A stretch of 64,000 bases of DNA from Octopus vulgaris (Eukaryota), in assembly GCA_951406725.2 (NCBI GenBank), contig OX597843.1, positions 18,910,001 through 18,974,000 on the forward strand, read 5' to 3'. Below, in pieces: positions 30,500 through 45,859 of this stretch. The position numbers were made by a program, and so were the translations under genes. The notes under the pieces were generated by a model. It worked only from the letters and a program-made list of their open reading frames with translations. It was not told the DNA's origin and made no database searches. Every line of letters begins with the position of its first letter. Within the stretch, counting starts at the first letter, position 1.

Positions 30500-31160
30500 G
30501 CAAAACATAAATATATTATATTGGGCTGTACCCAAGAATAACGTGGCCATTGCAAATGTACGAAATAGCCTCGAGTAGAGCAGAAAGGATGGAACAAAGA
30601 TGCAGTGTGTTTATCAGAAAATGGCTTGGTCTGCCGAAACCACTGAATACAACTGCACTATGTGGAAAAGCCGTGCTGCAATTACCAATAACATCAATCG
30701 CCGAAGAGTATAAGGCAGGAAAGGCAAGGACAGTAATGATGCTAAGGTATTCAAAAGATCAGAGTATCCGGGAAAACCCTTCAAAGGTACGATCAGGGAG
30801 GAAATGGAAGGCGGAAGAGGCAGTAAACAGAGCGATCGGAAAACTAAGGCAGAAACTATGGGAGGAATATGTGATCAACCGCAGAATATCATGGAAGGAA
30901 CTTTGGGCTTGGGAACAAGCAAGAATATCCTTCCTGATCAAGTCTACCTTCGACGTTCTACCTTCACCGGCGAACTTAATCCGGTGGAACATAAACAAAA
31001 TTGATGATTGTAGATGCGGAGAGAAAGCAACGGTTAGACATGTTCTGTCAAGTTGCAGACTAGCACTTGAAAGAGATACTTGGCAACATAATCAAGTCCT
31101 CAGCGTCATAAGCGCAGCACTCAAGGAGAAGATCGAGAGGTACAATAGGGGAGAGTAACC
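30500..31160 (+). mobile_element. Hero/R2-group RLE LINE fragment
   Basis: IRKWLGLP..LQLP..EEYK.GK.R..GRKWKAEEAV..FLIKSTFDVLPSPANL..CRCG..RHVLSSC..WQHNQVL. Confidence 0.7.
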
Positions 31161-31799
31161 AAAAGTAGACAGGTGACGGTCGTTTAGAAAATGCGCGGGC
31201 TAAAACTACGCGCCTTCACTAGTCAGTTAAGGTGAGACAGTGTCACGTGACAATTTACTGGGCTGCCTGCTGGAGCCTATGCGGCAGGTATTTAAAGGGA
31301 AAAATTTGACAAGTCAGTCAGTCACCGGCTGACACTCGCTGACGATACACCGAAGAGGCCAGGGAACAGAAGAAAGAAGAAGACATGCACCCAACACTAG
31401 AGCTGAAGACACCTCCGAAAGGAAGGGGGGCGCCACGTCAAAACGGTAGAGGAGTAGGGACCGAAACCGGACGTGGTTCCTCCTGATGATATCTTGAGCT
31501 AACTGGATCATATAAAGGAGCTGTTGTGGTAGCAGACCACGAAGCACGGTTGTAATTCCTCCAGATGCAGGTCAATTTATGTGAATTTAGTAAATCTCAA
31601 AACCTACTTTTGCTATCCGTATACAATATTTTGGTTATTCATCCTATACTTGGAAGTGTGTCTACAGCAGTTCAATAGTGCTGTCCTTTGACTTAAGGAG
31701 ATGAAGAATTTCTCACCAAGCATAAATTATAACTCATGACGCTCTGTGTCTGCATGGGTTGCTTTTTCTTGAACGGAACAGTGAATTTAGAAATAAGAT

Positions 31800-33478
31800 T
31801 CTTCTTCCTTTATCTGCCATATATATTTGCCAGACTCATTACAGTTCTTTCCTCCTGGTGCTTGGAGAAATTTCTATGAGAATATAGTCTGGTTTAGAAG
31901 GAATTTTTCGTAGTACCCGTGTGTTTTATATGTGCCCGTCTTTGTCCATTTGAACTTTAGCCCTATAAACAATTCCTTTCACTAGACAATTTCCTTCTAA
32001 GGGACAGCAACTTTGGTCTTTGAAATTGTGTTTAGGTTCGTCATTTATTTCGGCACCTTTGGTTTTACTAATTATCTCTGCGTTAATTTGCTTGATTAAA
32101 GAGGTGAAGTTCTCACAAGAATAGCTAACCTTAAGCATTCTCCTCTTTAAAATTCTGTGGTGTTTGTGGTTTTCTTGGAAGTGTTTGGAAACTAGTCTTA
32201 AGAATTCTTTACCCATATTAGTTTTTACGGCGATACTGAAGGTCGGATTAAACCACAAAACATCCCTGGTTCTAGTCCTGCGTAGTCTATTAAGGATATT
32301 TTCGTTATGGCTATACTGGATCTTCTCAGACAATCCAATGTTTCTTAATGCATCATTGTAGTACGGGGTGGCTTTTCGAAATGCTGTCTCGTCCGAAGAT
32401 ATCGATAGTATGCACCTTCCAATATTGCTAACTCTATTCTTAAGAATTATAAATGGGTGATTGGACCATTTGTTAATATAGCCCAGCTTTACGTTAGGCT
32501 TGCGGTAGGGTTTAAATTTATCTAATTGTAAATCTAGGCAAATGTCTAAGAGGGTTCTTCTAGTTAGGTTCGTATCGATTGTGATTTGTAAGCTCATTCT
32601 TTGGAAGAAAGTGATAAGAATCTTCCTGAGTTCATTGATTTCATGTTCGTTCATATTACGCGTGACTATAAGGTCACCATACCTATATAATCCTGCATCT
32701 ATAAAAGGAAATCCTAGATGTAAGTTGTGCAGTATTATCATACATAGTTCTGCTCCGTCGGCACATCAAATAAAGGGTCTTCACTCTTTCTGTCCTAGGT
32801 GGAATCGTCGAAAAAAAGTAGAGATTTTCTGGCATGCAACGAACTGTCAATGTTTACGTATTTCTTAGTAAAATCCAGTGCCTTAAGAAGCAGAAGTCTG
32901 GATATAGACGGGTAGAAGTCCACGATATCGAACTGTATAAATTTACAGTTACTTTGATGGCTAATGTCCTTAAACCATATTTACTATAAACTATTTACTG
33001 TTACCCTTAATCAGTAAATCTAATTCTCTACATAACTTGTTTAATGTAAAGTCTAAGTTACTTTGCCAATAATTCCTATTTCTGTTTTGGCTTGTGTTAA
33101 CTAATTTGCATTTCAGGTTTCACTTAAAATTGGCTTTATCGTGCTTCTTAAGATAATAAAGGGGAGAAGGTATTCAATCCTCACGCTAACGTTAAGGTTG
33201 GCAGCGATTCTACTTGCTTTGAAATTCACTTCTTCATCTAAGTTACCATTTTTTTATACGATCTGAAAAGTGTCTGACATAAAGGCTTTTATTGTCTTGT
33301 CGGACTTCACAACAATTATATCCGAATCCCTAATATTCTTTATTTTGCCGTTCATTGTTTTCCAGAATGCGTTACCGATTTCATGAAATTTAATCTTTCT
33401 AACAAGTTCGAACAGTTCCCTGTCGAAAGGTTCCCATTTCGAGATTGGTGGTGGGTTTTTCGTAAATTTAAGTCCATG

Positions 33479-33480
<2 letters not shown>
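31800..33480 (-). mobile_element. Penelope-like (Naiad-type) RT-EN remnant
   Basis: IQFDIVDFYPSI (32900-32938), GLYRYG (degenerate YRDD), PYRKPN..SNHP, WFNPTFS, CPLEGNCLVKGIVYRAKV; frameshifted. Confidence 0.8.
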
Positions 33481-33532
<52 letters not shown>

Positions 33533-33612
33533 CCATGTGGTTAAGAAGTAAGCTTCTTACTACACACCAACTCCTGCGTCTATAAAAAACTATTCTTTAA
33601 ATATCTTTTCAG

Positions 33613-33741
33613 GTACAAAATTTGTAGTAACAAAATTGAAGGAGAATGTTACCGTATCTGGATGTGTCAACCCTATTTGTATTCCTGAGAAAAAAAGCGA
33701 TTATTCAATGGAAAATTGTTTCGCTGCTTCGTATGTCAAAA
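33613..33741 (+). CDS. Pseudo-protease exon 5 (Asp102-equivalent, PIC motif)
   Basis: Acceptor TATCTTTTCAG, donor A|GTGAGT, phase 1-1. TKFVVTKLKENVTVSGCVNPICIP..ENCFAASY aligns to NDIALLKL..V....V.PICLP..C...GWG. Confidence 0.88.
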
Positions 33742-34038
33742 GTGAGTCCTTAGCCAGTCCTAGCATCATCCATCCATTTTTTATTGCATTATCTATGCAG
33801 TTAGGGAAGTATACCAGCATATACAGGGTGTAAAGGGAACTGGTTGATTCTTTACACTTTTTGGGTGCAACTTGGGTGCAACACAATTTCCTTTGTTTTT
33901 GTTTCCAGAAACTACCAGTCAGGAACAAAACGCAACTTTAAAAATATATATGATTCTTTATTCTCTTATTTACAAATGAAGCACGTTGGTATATTGGTAT
34001 CCACTTGGTTCAATATAGCAAGGCTGAATTTTAACCTT

Positions 34039-34330
34039 TGTAAGATTCTTACAACAAATTCAGCAGCAACAGAACAAGTCAAATCCCAAACGTCTGGGAC
34101 AGGAGAATAGCTGATCACACGTTTTAACACGTCCTTTCTCTACAATAGCCGTGTCTCAAGTCACGACGCTAACAAGGAACGCGATAGAATTTTCTTCTCC
34201 AGTCTCTAGCGCATGTGCATGAGGGAACTTCCTTAGGCCTTTCCAGGCCTTTCCAGAAGGTTCCATCCCCGCACACGCACACTGAAGAATGACGTTGCGT
34301 GTGCGCACACTGGAAAATGACGTCCTTACA
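34039..34330 (-). mobile_element. 3' LTR of a Gypsy/Ty3 element
   Basis: Minus strand begins TGTAAG just after a purine tract (GAGGGGGAG) and ends CTTACA; 292 bp. Confidence 0.7.
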
Positions 34331-34536
34331 AAGACTCCCCCTCGAGTGCGGAAGCATGAAACAAAATTCGTTGTAGTGGCTTCAGAAAATAAGGTGTTTA
34401 CCAAATAACCAAAATGGCACACAATATGACAAATCAAAACAAAATTTACAATATAAATAAGAATGCACCAAAAAATACTCAAATGAACAAAGTTCAATAA
34501 GCATCGTAACCGTCACTGGGAACACAATTGAGAATG

Positions 34537-35695
34537 TCAAATATAAATAGTCTTTGAAAGTTTCTTTGGCCAGTGAACAGTTCTGCCTGACCTCGTAACA
34601 TAAGGTTTGTTCGAGGCGGGCTGCGACGACGAAGGTGGTGTTGCCGATGTTGGTGTTGATAAAGGTGCATGTGTAAATGGTGGTGTTGTCAAAGGTGCAT
34701 GTGAAGGTTCAACGATGGTTGTAGCAGCGGTGTCATCAAAAGATGTTGACACCTCAAAATATGCCCTTTTAAGACGATCTACGGAGACGGTCTCCGAACG
34801 ACCACTAATGTCAAGTTTGAATACTTTCGGCGTGAGGGAAATCACACGAAAAGGTCCTTTATAAGGAGAAACAAGAGGTCCTTTGACAGAATCATCACGA
34901 ACAAAAACATGTGTCCAAGAATCAAGATCTGATGGCACATTAGAAGAAGGATTTTGATGTCGGGGACCCATAGGAGGAAGGGCAGAAAAATATCTGCGTA
35001 GTCGAGCAACACAAGACTCTAAATTAAGAGACTGTGACTTGTCTGGCACCAACATCGTACCAGGCAATGCCAGTGTGGTACCATACAAGAGCTCGGCAGA
35101 AGAAAAACCAAGGTCTGCTTTAATCGCAGTCCGACATTCAAGCAGGACGATAGGAAGAAATTCAGTCCACGATTGTGGATTCGGCGAGGCACGCAACGCG
35201 GCCTTAAGTTGCCTGTGGAAACGCTCCACCATCCCATTAGAAGCGGGATGGTAACTAGTGGTGCGTATATGATGCATCCCCAGGATTCGTGATTGCTGAC
35301 GAAATAAAACCACTTCGAATTGTCGACTACGATCTGTGGTTAAACTGGACGGTACACCGAACCTAGAAATCCAGTTAGACACGAAAGCTTTCGCAACAGT
35401 TTCAGCAGAAATGTCTGCTATAGGAATAGCTTCCGGCCAACGTGAGAAACGATCGATACAAGTTAAAATATATGAGAAACCGCGACTCACAGGCCATGGG
35501 CCAACCAAATCAAGGTGGACATGGCGAAAACGGGCCCCAGGAGAAGAAGACTGTCCAAGTGGAGCACGAACGTGTCTATGGACTTTAGCATTCTGGCACC
35601 TCAAACAAGAGCGTGCCCAAGAGGTAATCGATCGTCGCATATTGGGCCAGAAGAACCGAGCAGTAACAAGTTTTACTGTGGCAGAGATAGCATTT
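34537..35695 (-). mobile_element. Gypsy/Ty3 integrase (5'-truncated pol)
   Basis: [59 protein letters not shown] (GPY/F). ORF sequence upstream of ~35695 is unrelated. Confidence 0.9.
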
Positions 35696-36239
35696 GTGTG
35701 TGTATTAACTATGTGTGCAGATGCGTGCGCAAGGCCAGGCGCTGAGGAAAGGTGTATGTGTGTGTATAAGAGTGAACTTAGAGAACAAATAGAAATGTCC
35801 AGACACAAGATGGAGATAATACCAGTTCGTAAGGTACACAATAGCAGTTCGTTCTGTGTCCATGAAGTTGGGGCAAAGAGGATAGCAGTTACTACGCGTG
35901 TAGAAGTTGGGGCTTTGATCCATTTGCCAGGTTACATCGGTACAGAAAATTTCGCCGGTAGAGTTGTGCTGTTAACCTTGGTGTGTATACACGAACAGCG
36001 TGTAAGCTAAACTTGAGCGAGTTGCTGTGTACATATCGTTGAGGTCGACGGTGGTGAAGGCGACGGTAGAGAACGGTGACAGTAGTGGACTTGGGACAAT
36101 ATTCTGCTCAATACCACAGATTTGCTTGTCAGTTGTTTGACCTTAACCAGTTGAGCATGTCCCTTAGTGGCTGACGATATGTGCATCTCTGATCTCGAGC
36201 AGAAGTAGTGGGGGAGTATCATAGCCATGTGTTGAGAGG

Positions 36240-36544
36240 GATTCTTTGGGGTTTGAATAATTCACCTCTGGAAACATGGGTGTTTCGTTCAACGTCCTTA
36301 AACAACCCTTAATCATGGACCTTTTGAGTGGGATGGGTTACCCGATCAGAGGAAAATTCTAACTGGGCCCCACCTGCAAGTTCATGTCCTGTTTATCTTG
36401 ATATGAGATCACCATGTCGCGCACATCTGGTTGTGATGCGTGTGCCTGGTGTACGCTTATCAGACGGGTAGTCATGATGGGTATATTGGGCTTCGTATAT
36501 TTTACCCCAGTGTCACTTTGATGGCATGAACTGCTCTCTCAGTC

Positions 36545-36548
<4 letters not shown>
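36240..36548 (+). mobile_element. Probable R4/Dong LINE 3' UTR ending in a (TAA)n array
   Basis: Ends CTGCTCTCTCAGTCAATAAT directly into the TAA array; family assignment is recalled, not verified. Confidence 0.5.
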
Positions 36549-37170
<622 letters not shown>

Positions 37171-37174
37171 GAAG

Positions 37175-37590
37175 ACTGAAAAGTACGGTCTGGAAAGAGT
37201 ATGGAAATGCTACAAACACAAACCAGCAGACGTCACTGAGAACGATGGTTATAAGATCCTGTGGGATTTTACAATCCAATGTGACTGCCTAATCGATGCT
37301 TGGAAACCGGACATTGTTGTAGTGGATTAAAGAGAAAAAGGAAACCAAGATCATAGATATTGCCACAGCTGGGGATGCACGCGTAGATGAGAAAGAGTAA
37401 GAAAGGATGGAAGATAGAGACTACGAAAGGACGAAATTGCAAGAGTGTGGACAATGAGGAGAGTAATTGTTGTCCCAGTAGTTGCTGGGATACTCGGAGT
37501 ACTAACAACCAAGTTCGAGAAACATGTCGGAGAAATTGGAATCGATATGAGGGCAGAACAGGCTCAAAGACTGCTCTGCTGTTGAACACT
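37175..37590 (+). mobile_element. R4/Dong-type RLE endonuclease fragment
   Basis: ENDGYKILWDFTIQCDCLIDAWKPDIVVVD..IIDIA, with stops. Confidence 0.7.
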
Positions 37591-38037
37591 AGGGGGTTGA
37601 GGAAATCAACTAGTCCCCCTTCTCAAAATTCAGGCCTTTTGCCTATTGTATTAGTGATTATTTAAAGCTTTAGATAAGGTGCTTCAAGACCCAATGTTCC
37701 AAATTTAAAAAAATGTTTTTCATGTTCTCTTGAAAGTTTATAAATTTGAAGGATTCGCTTAGTCTAACGTTAGGACACCTGGAATGTCTGTGGGAGTTGT
37801 GGGTTTGTCTCACGGGCAACCTTGAAATCTTTCTGTCCAGAAGGGGGTTATTTATTCAACTTAATATTTACATGTTATTATTTACAGCTTTATGTGTGTG
37901 CTTCGAGATCCAAAATTCCAAACAATAAATTATTTCACGTTTTCTCGAAAGCTTACACATTCCTACCGCATTAATTCTACTTATTAATTACTTATGTATT
38001 TTTCATCGGTTCATTTATTTATTTTCCTTAATTTCAG

Positions 38038-38168
38038 ATAAGGATAACACTATCCATGTTGAGATTGGAAAAACGAGGTTGATAGATGGTCCGTGCACGT
38101 CCCCCCCAAACCAACCACCACCATTTACACTTTGTGCATACAATTTTGTCCAGATATGTAATAAGCGG
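38038..38168 (+). CDS. Pseudo-protease exon 6 (Cys168/182/191-equivalents)
   Basis: Acceptor TTTTCCTTAATTTCAG, donor CGG|GTAAGT, phase 1-0; KDNTIHVEIGKTRLIDGPCTSPPNQPPPFTLCAYNFVQICNKR. A phase-0 intron just before the GDSGG-equivalent is a classic S1A intron position. Confidence 0.85.
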
Positions 38169-38354
38169 GTAAGTTAGCATTGATTCACATTTTAAATATT
38201 TCTTGGCTGTGCGATAAGAAGTTTGTTTCTCAACCACGTTGTTCTGGGTTCAGTCCCATTGCATCGCATCTTGGGCAAGTGTCTTCTACTAAAGATACAG
38301 GTTGACCGAAGCTGTGCGAGTAAATTTGGTAATGCAGTACGATCGTTTCATGTG

Positions 38355-38604
38355 ACTCAATTTAATTGAACAATGCAAATATTACATCAGTTTTAAAATG
38401 TAGAGCATCATAGTTACAACGATGATGTTGTTGATAAAACAAGTTCTTTGTCTATCTCCTTATCCACTGTGTGATTTTGGTTAATAGAATAACTATACAA
38501 ATGAATCCCTTCAATTTAACTAAATTCTATATTTTTATGCAGCTGAAGATTGCTCTACATTTTAAAACTGATGTAATATTTGCATTGTTCAATTAAATAG
38601 AGTC
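38355..38604. repeat. ~50-bp inverted repeat pair (MITE/PLE-derived)
   Basis: TTAATTGAACAATGCAAATATTACATCAGTTTTAAAATGTAGAGCA and its reverse complement at 38551-38596. Confidence 0.75.
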
Positions 38605-38628
38605 CACTTTTAGTGGCCAGTCCTTTAA

Positions 38629-38677
<49 letters not shown>

Positions 38678-38696
38678 GACAATCAGTAAGTTGTCA

Positions 38697-38756
38697 TAAT
38701 AATACTCAGAGTTTCAAACACCGGAGCTGAGAGCTAGGCATTTTCATCAGTTATTA
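38697..38756 (-). ncRNA. Type I hammerhead motif, same family as 44924
   Basis: Minus strand: taataa CTGATGA ... GAAA ctctgag TA ttatta. Confidence 0.7.
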
Positions 38757-38999
38757 AGACATGAAACGCTATGAAAAAAAACGTTGAATAAAGGGAGGTT
38801 ACTCTAATAGGCGTGGAAAATAAAAGATATAAAATATATTAAATAATTATAAAATACACACAACTACATACTCATAAAGATAGAAATCTACGTTCATAAT
38901 ATCTACATACGTACGCACTCATGCAGACATGTATATATACATGCATACATGTACACACATATACACACACATGTGTGTGTATATATATATATATATATT

Positions 39000-39670
39000 A
39001 TTATTATTATTATTATTATTATGGCTGCCCCCTCGTTATCGAGTATGGCCATTGCACGAAGCCTAACTGTTACTGGTTCTGTGATCGAATGTGACTTTTT
39101 AGCCCAGCCAAAGATCTACAATGTCTTGTACAGAATTGGCAGCTATAACCTTTTCTGGTAACAGCCGACTGTAGTTGTAACTGGGCTTCATGTACCTTTG
39201 CATGTCGTTTAAGTCCTCCTGCTGAATTACACTCTCTTCCACATGCCCGACAGATATGATTAGTATGTGTTACACCACCATCAGTGGCCAGGTTGTGACT
39301 CATCTGTATCGCTTTATGACTACGAAGATGACTCTTTAGTCCAGCTTTACTGAAGGCTCTCGGTGTGAAAGTATAGAAGCTCTTGTGTTAAAGTAAAGGC
39401 TCAGATGGAGTGGTCATCTGGTCAACTCTTTTTTGGAGAGTTAGCTAAAGGAGAATGACCTCCACATAAACCAAACAAGAGGTATAAGGACTTGCTGAAG
39501 GCTTCCTTAAGAGATTCTGGCATCTCTCCTGACACATGGGAAGGCATATCTATTGATCGTAGCAGGTGGAGAAGGATTGTGCACGAGGGGACAGCGACTT
39601 TTGAGAGATCTCGAATCGCACATGGGAAAGTAAGGAGGGATGTCAGGAAGGGCATCGCTGTAACACTTCC
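39000..39670 (-). mobile_element. RTE-clade LINE 3' fragment with 5' inversion
   Basis: 39021-39353 is the minus-strand C2H2-finger tail followed by (TAA)n; 39354-39670 is plus-strand [26 protein letters not shown]; compare the colinear copy at 56290-56826. Confidence 0.8.
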
Positions 39671-39721
<51 letters not shown>

Positions 39722-39902
39722 TATACATATATATACATACACACATGTGTCCAACACACATTATTATACTCATATACACATTTCTACACGCACACATATA
39801 CGAATATATATATGCATGTATATGCGTATATATATATATATATATATGAAATATATATATGAATATACAAAAATAAAAACACACACACGTACCTATATCA
39901 AT

Positions 39903-41340
<1,438 letters not shown>

Positions 41341-42394
41341 TAGTATAGAAGAGGCTTTGGGTCAAAAGTGTGTGCACATTTTGCTACATCAGATGTTGGC
41401 GGCCAGACCAGTGGTCAGATCGAGCTGAAAATTGACAGAAGCATAGAAGTGTTCCTTCATTTCTTTGGAAAGATGCGGTTGCTATGGTGAGAAGAGTGAT
41501 TTTTCATCGATTCAAGGGGCCTCTAAGACTCTCCAGATTGGCGCGATTGGCATCTAACGCCGAAAGGCATGCACTTTGGGCTGTTGTGCTTTATAATCAT
41601 GCATTTTGTCGCGAAATTCAGGCTACTGAGCAAAGATTTTTCCTTGTGAAAAACGAGTGCTTTTTGCCCTCATTTTCTTTTAAATTTTTTCTAATCAGAT
41701 TGTAAGCCTTTTTAGAAAAAAAATATTATATCTGCATGCAGCACTTGAGGAGGGCTATAATGCACATGCAGCACTTGAGGAGGGCTATAATGCACATTTT
41801 AGTCGACGCGAAATTTTGCTTTTAAGATCGAAAACGTTTGAAAATTAAACAAAAATGTTGAATTTTTCCTGGCAAGTAACGCTTCAAATGACGTCATCGT
41901 TGCGAGCTGCAGCTTTGCTGCAAAAGCATCATCGATTTTTTTCACGGCTATATAAACTTATTAAGCTGCTGGTGACTAATCTTTTTATAATAGCGAAAGG
42001 ATTGAAACTGCATTAAACTTTGTCAAGCTTACCTTTACCTATTCTGAGTTACTGAGTTACTATTCTGATTGTTGATTCCTTATTTTTTACCTTTGATACT
42101 GTTGTTTCACTTTAAGGATGCTTCTTTACCCAGCCATTATGATATTTCGACTGCTGTCCACTGTTTCAAATACTGTTTAACATTGTCATTCTAGCCTTTT
42201 TTAAACACTCACATATGATCCGTCCCCAAAAATCAATCTTTAAATAAGAGTTTTGCTTCCACTAGCGAAAGCTATACAAATCTTTCAGGAAGTTCCATAC
42301 CAATTTAACATTATGCAGCATTCACTGTTAGTTTATATGCACGCTATGTGAGAAGATAGAATAAAGGGGCTTTTGTTAGCTTTTCTCTCCGATG

Positions 42395-42995
<601 letters not shown>

Positions 42996-43013
42996 TATTA
43001 TATATATTTATAT

Positions 43014-43412
43014 AGGCGCAGGAGTGGCTGTGTGGTAAGTAGCTTGCTAACCAACCACATCGTTCCGGGTTCAGTCCCACTGTGCGGCATCTTGGGCAAG
43101 TGTCTTCTGCTATAGCCCCGGGCCGACCAATGCCTTGTGAGTGGATTTGGTAGACGGAAACTGAAAGAAGCCTGTCGTATATGTGTATATATATATGTGT
43201 GTGTATGTGTGTGTATATGTTTGTGTGTCTGTGTTTGTCCCCCTAGCATTGCTTGACAACCGATGCTGGTGTGTTTACGGTTCGGCAAAAGAGACCGAGA
43301 GAATTAGTATTGGGCTTACAAAGAATAAGTCGTGGGGTCGGTTTGCTTGACTAAAGGCGGTGCTCCAGCATGGCCGCAGTCAAATGACTGAAACAAATAA
43401 AAGAAAGAAAAG

Positions 43413-43415
<3 letters not shown>
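43014..43415 (+). mobile_element. Octopus-type tRNA-derived SINE (duplicate at 51009-51408)
   Basis: GGCGCAGGAGTGGCTGTGTGGTAAGTAGC head through GACTGAAACAAATAAAAG tail. Confidence 0.85.
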
Positions 43416-43474
<59 letters not shown>

Positions 43475-43476
<2 letters not shown>

Positions 43477-44656
43477 TATCCAGTTATATATGGTCCTTAA
43501 AAGAACAAGATGTCAGGTTTAAAATTCACTGGAAGACCTTGGCCATGTGTAAACCTTACATCAACGGCAGTGGAAAGTGCGGTCTTTGCGATATAGAAAA
43601 ATAGCTTATCTGGAAAAGTTCTTTAGACACCGCTACATGTCTAAATTCAAGAACTGAACTTTTTGAATCATGTCCATATATGACAAAATACTTGTTACGT
43701 TTTTAGGCCCACCCGCCCACCCAAGATCACAGATAGAACCTGCTTTTTTTTATTATGTCCATGTACAAGCTGTTCATATGTGTTAACATTTTAATACATT
43801 TTTATTGCTTGATATATATATTTTTTGTAATATTTTTCATTTTCCCCGTGACTATATAAGCTTGTAGTATTTCTATGTATATTAAATGTGCATATGTGTG
43901 CATGTGTATATATGTGTACGAATGTATGTATATATATATGAGTGTAGGACTGTATCTGTTGTAAAAGAGTGACTGTCATGTACATATCTCCTTCCTTTAT
44001 ACATATATGTATATACGCTTGTATATCTGCAGTTGTAGGTGTGTTGATAGATAGAAGGGTGTATATGTATATATATGCACCTCTATACATATGTGTATAT
44101 ATGTGTAGTCATGTTTGCGGTGAGTGTGAATATATACCTGTACGAGTGTACACATATGTATATGTCTTATGTTTTTGTGTGTATATTTATTTGTATAAAT
44201 GTCTGTATATAAATGTAGGCATATATTTTTGCGAGGATGATGTTGAGTATGCATATATACGTTTATATGTGTATATATTTGTACATATATATGCATATGC
44301 GTGTGTATGTATATGCGTGTGTATATATATGTATATATATATGAATATTCATACATATGGCGAGTATGAATATATACCTTTTACGTGTGTGTATATGTAT
44401 ATTGTTTACGTTTTTGTATGAGTATATTTATTTCTATAAGTTCTAAGATACGTGTAAGCATTTTTCTATGTGAAGATGAAGTTATATATATATATATATA
44501 TACGTACGTGTTGGTGTTTTTATATAGTTATATATATTTTTTATACATATATATGCATATACATGTATATGTATATGCGTATGTGTGTGCGTGTAGAGAT
44601 GTGTATATGAACATAATAATGCATGTATAGACACATATATGTGTGTATGTATATGC

Positions 44657-44693
<37 letters not shown>

Positions 44694-45010
44694 TATATAC
44701 ATACATATGTGTGTACATGCATGTATATATACATGTTTGCTTGAGTGTGTACGTATGTAGATTTTATGAGCGAAGATTTCTATATTTATGAGTATGTGAT
44801 TGTATGTACTTTATAAATTTTTTTATATATTTTATATTTTATATCTTCCACTATTATTTTTCCCACGCCTATTAGAGTAACTTCCCTTTATTCAATGGGT
44901 TTTTTTCATAGTGTTTCACGTCTTAATAACTGATGAAAAATGCCGAGAAGCTCTCAGCTCCAGTATTTGAAACTCTGAGTATTATTATGACAATTAACTG
45001 ATTGTTCTAT
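43475..45010 (+). mobile_element. Naiad-type Penelope fragment (EN C-terminus to hammerhead); duplicate at 51460-52990
   Basis: LSSYIWSLKEQDVRFKIHWK..CGLCDIEK..LNSRTE..C; hammerhead at 44924-44987. Confidence 0.6.
44924..44987 (+). ncRNA. Type I hammerhead motif (duplicate 52907-52970)
   Basis: taataa CTGATGA aaaatgc...gtattt GAAA ctctgag TA ttatta. Confidence 0.72.
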
Positions 45011-45111
45011 ATTATATTCATAGATAAATTCCCCTATTTACATAATATCGAGGTCTCATTCATTCTTTTGTTGTCATATTATTGTTGTTATTATTATTAT
45101 TGTTGTCGTTG

Positions 45112-45151
<40 letters not shown>

Positions 45152-45178
45152 CATTATTATTATTATCATTTTTATTAT

Positions 45179-45219
<41 letters not shown>

Positions 45220-45426
45220 GGGTGTATGTATGCAGTATAAATGTATGTGTATGCGTGCATCTATGTATGTAATGTACGTGTATGTGTGTGTATGAATATG
45301 ATGTATGTGGAAGGGAAGTACGGTAGTAATGAGATTCTTATTTACATTTACGTTCTTCATGTGTTTCTTTTATCACCAACCAATCAAACAACCAACGAAT
45401 GAACTATTATAACATTTTTGTTTCAG

Positions 45427-45609
45427 AAAGAGAACGGTGGTGCGTTGATATGTCAGAGTAAAAAAGACAAGAACAGTTGGATGTTGGCAGGAGTGACACG
45501 AGAGACTTCTGATACTGATGGATGCAACCCAAATGCCTGGAATGACCCTGTCTATTATTGGGACACGGTGGAGCTTATGAAACAGCTTAATATATCAAGT
45601 AATACTTAA
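45427..45609 (+). CDS. Pseudo-protease terminal exon 7A
   Basis: Acceptor TTTTTGTTTCAG, phase 0; KENGGALIC (=GDSGGPLVC)..WMLAGVTRETSDTDGCNPNAWNDPVYY..NT*; AATAAA at 45659 and 45667. Confidence 0.88.
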   Translation, partial: KENGGALICQSKKDKNSWMLAGVTRETSDTDGCNPNAWNDPVYYWDTVELMKQLNISSNT

Positions 45610-45859
45610 TACATAGCCGGACATTCCCAAAACTCCTCTATGAAAAAGAGTAAAAAATAATAAAATAATAAAAACAGCAAATATATAATAAAAAAATAAT
45701 GAATGTTAAGAATGGAATGAGGATAATCTTGGATTATCTTATGAAGGATGTCTGTCTCAAGCTTTTTAAAGCAAGGACTTATATTCTCTGTCCCTTTGAT
45801 GAGTGCCGCTTTAGTGTATGTTCTGCTTCGCCATTTACACTTTAGCTTGTGGTCTAGCT

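Noticed and set aside
37888-37928. Candidate acceptor TTATTTACAG as exon 6
   Set aside because: Stop codon follows in the required phase; 38038-38168 fits both phase and Cys pattern.
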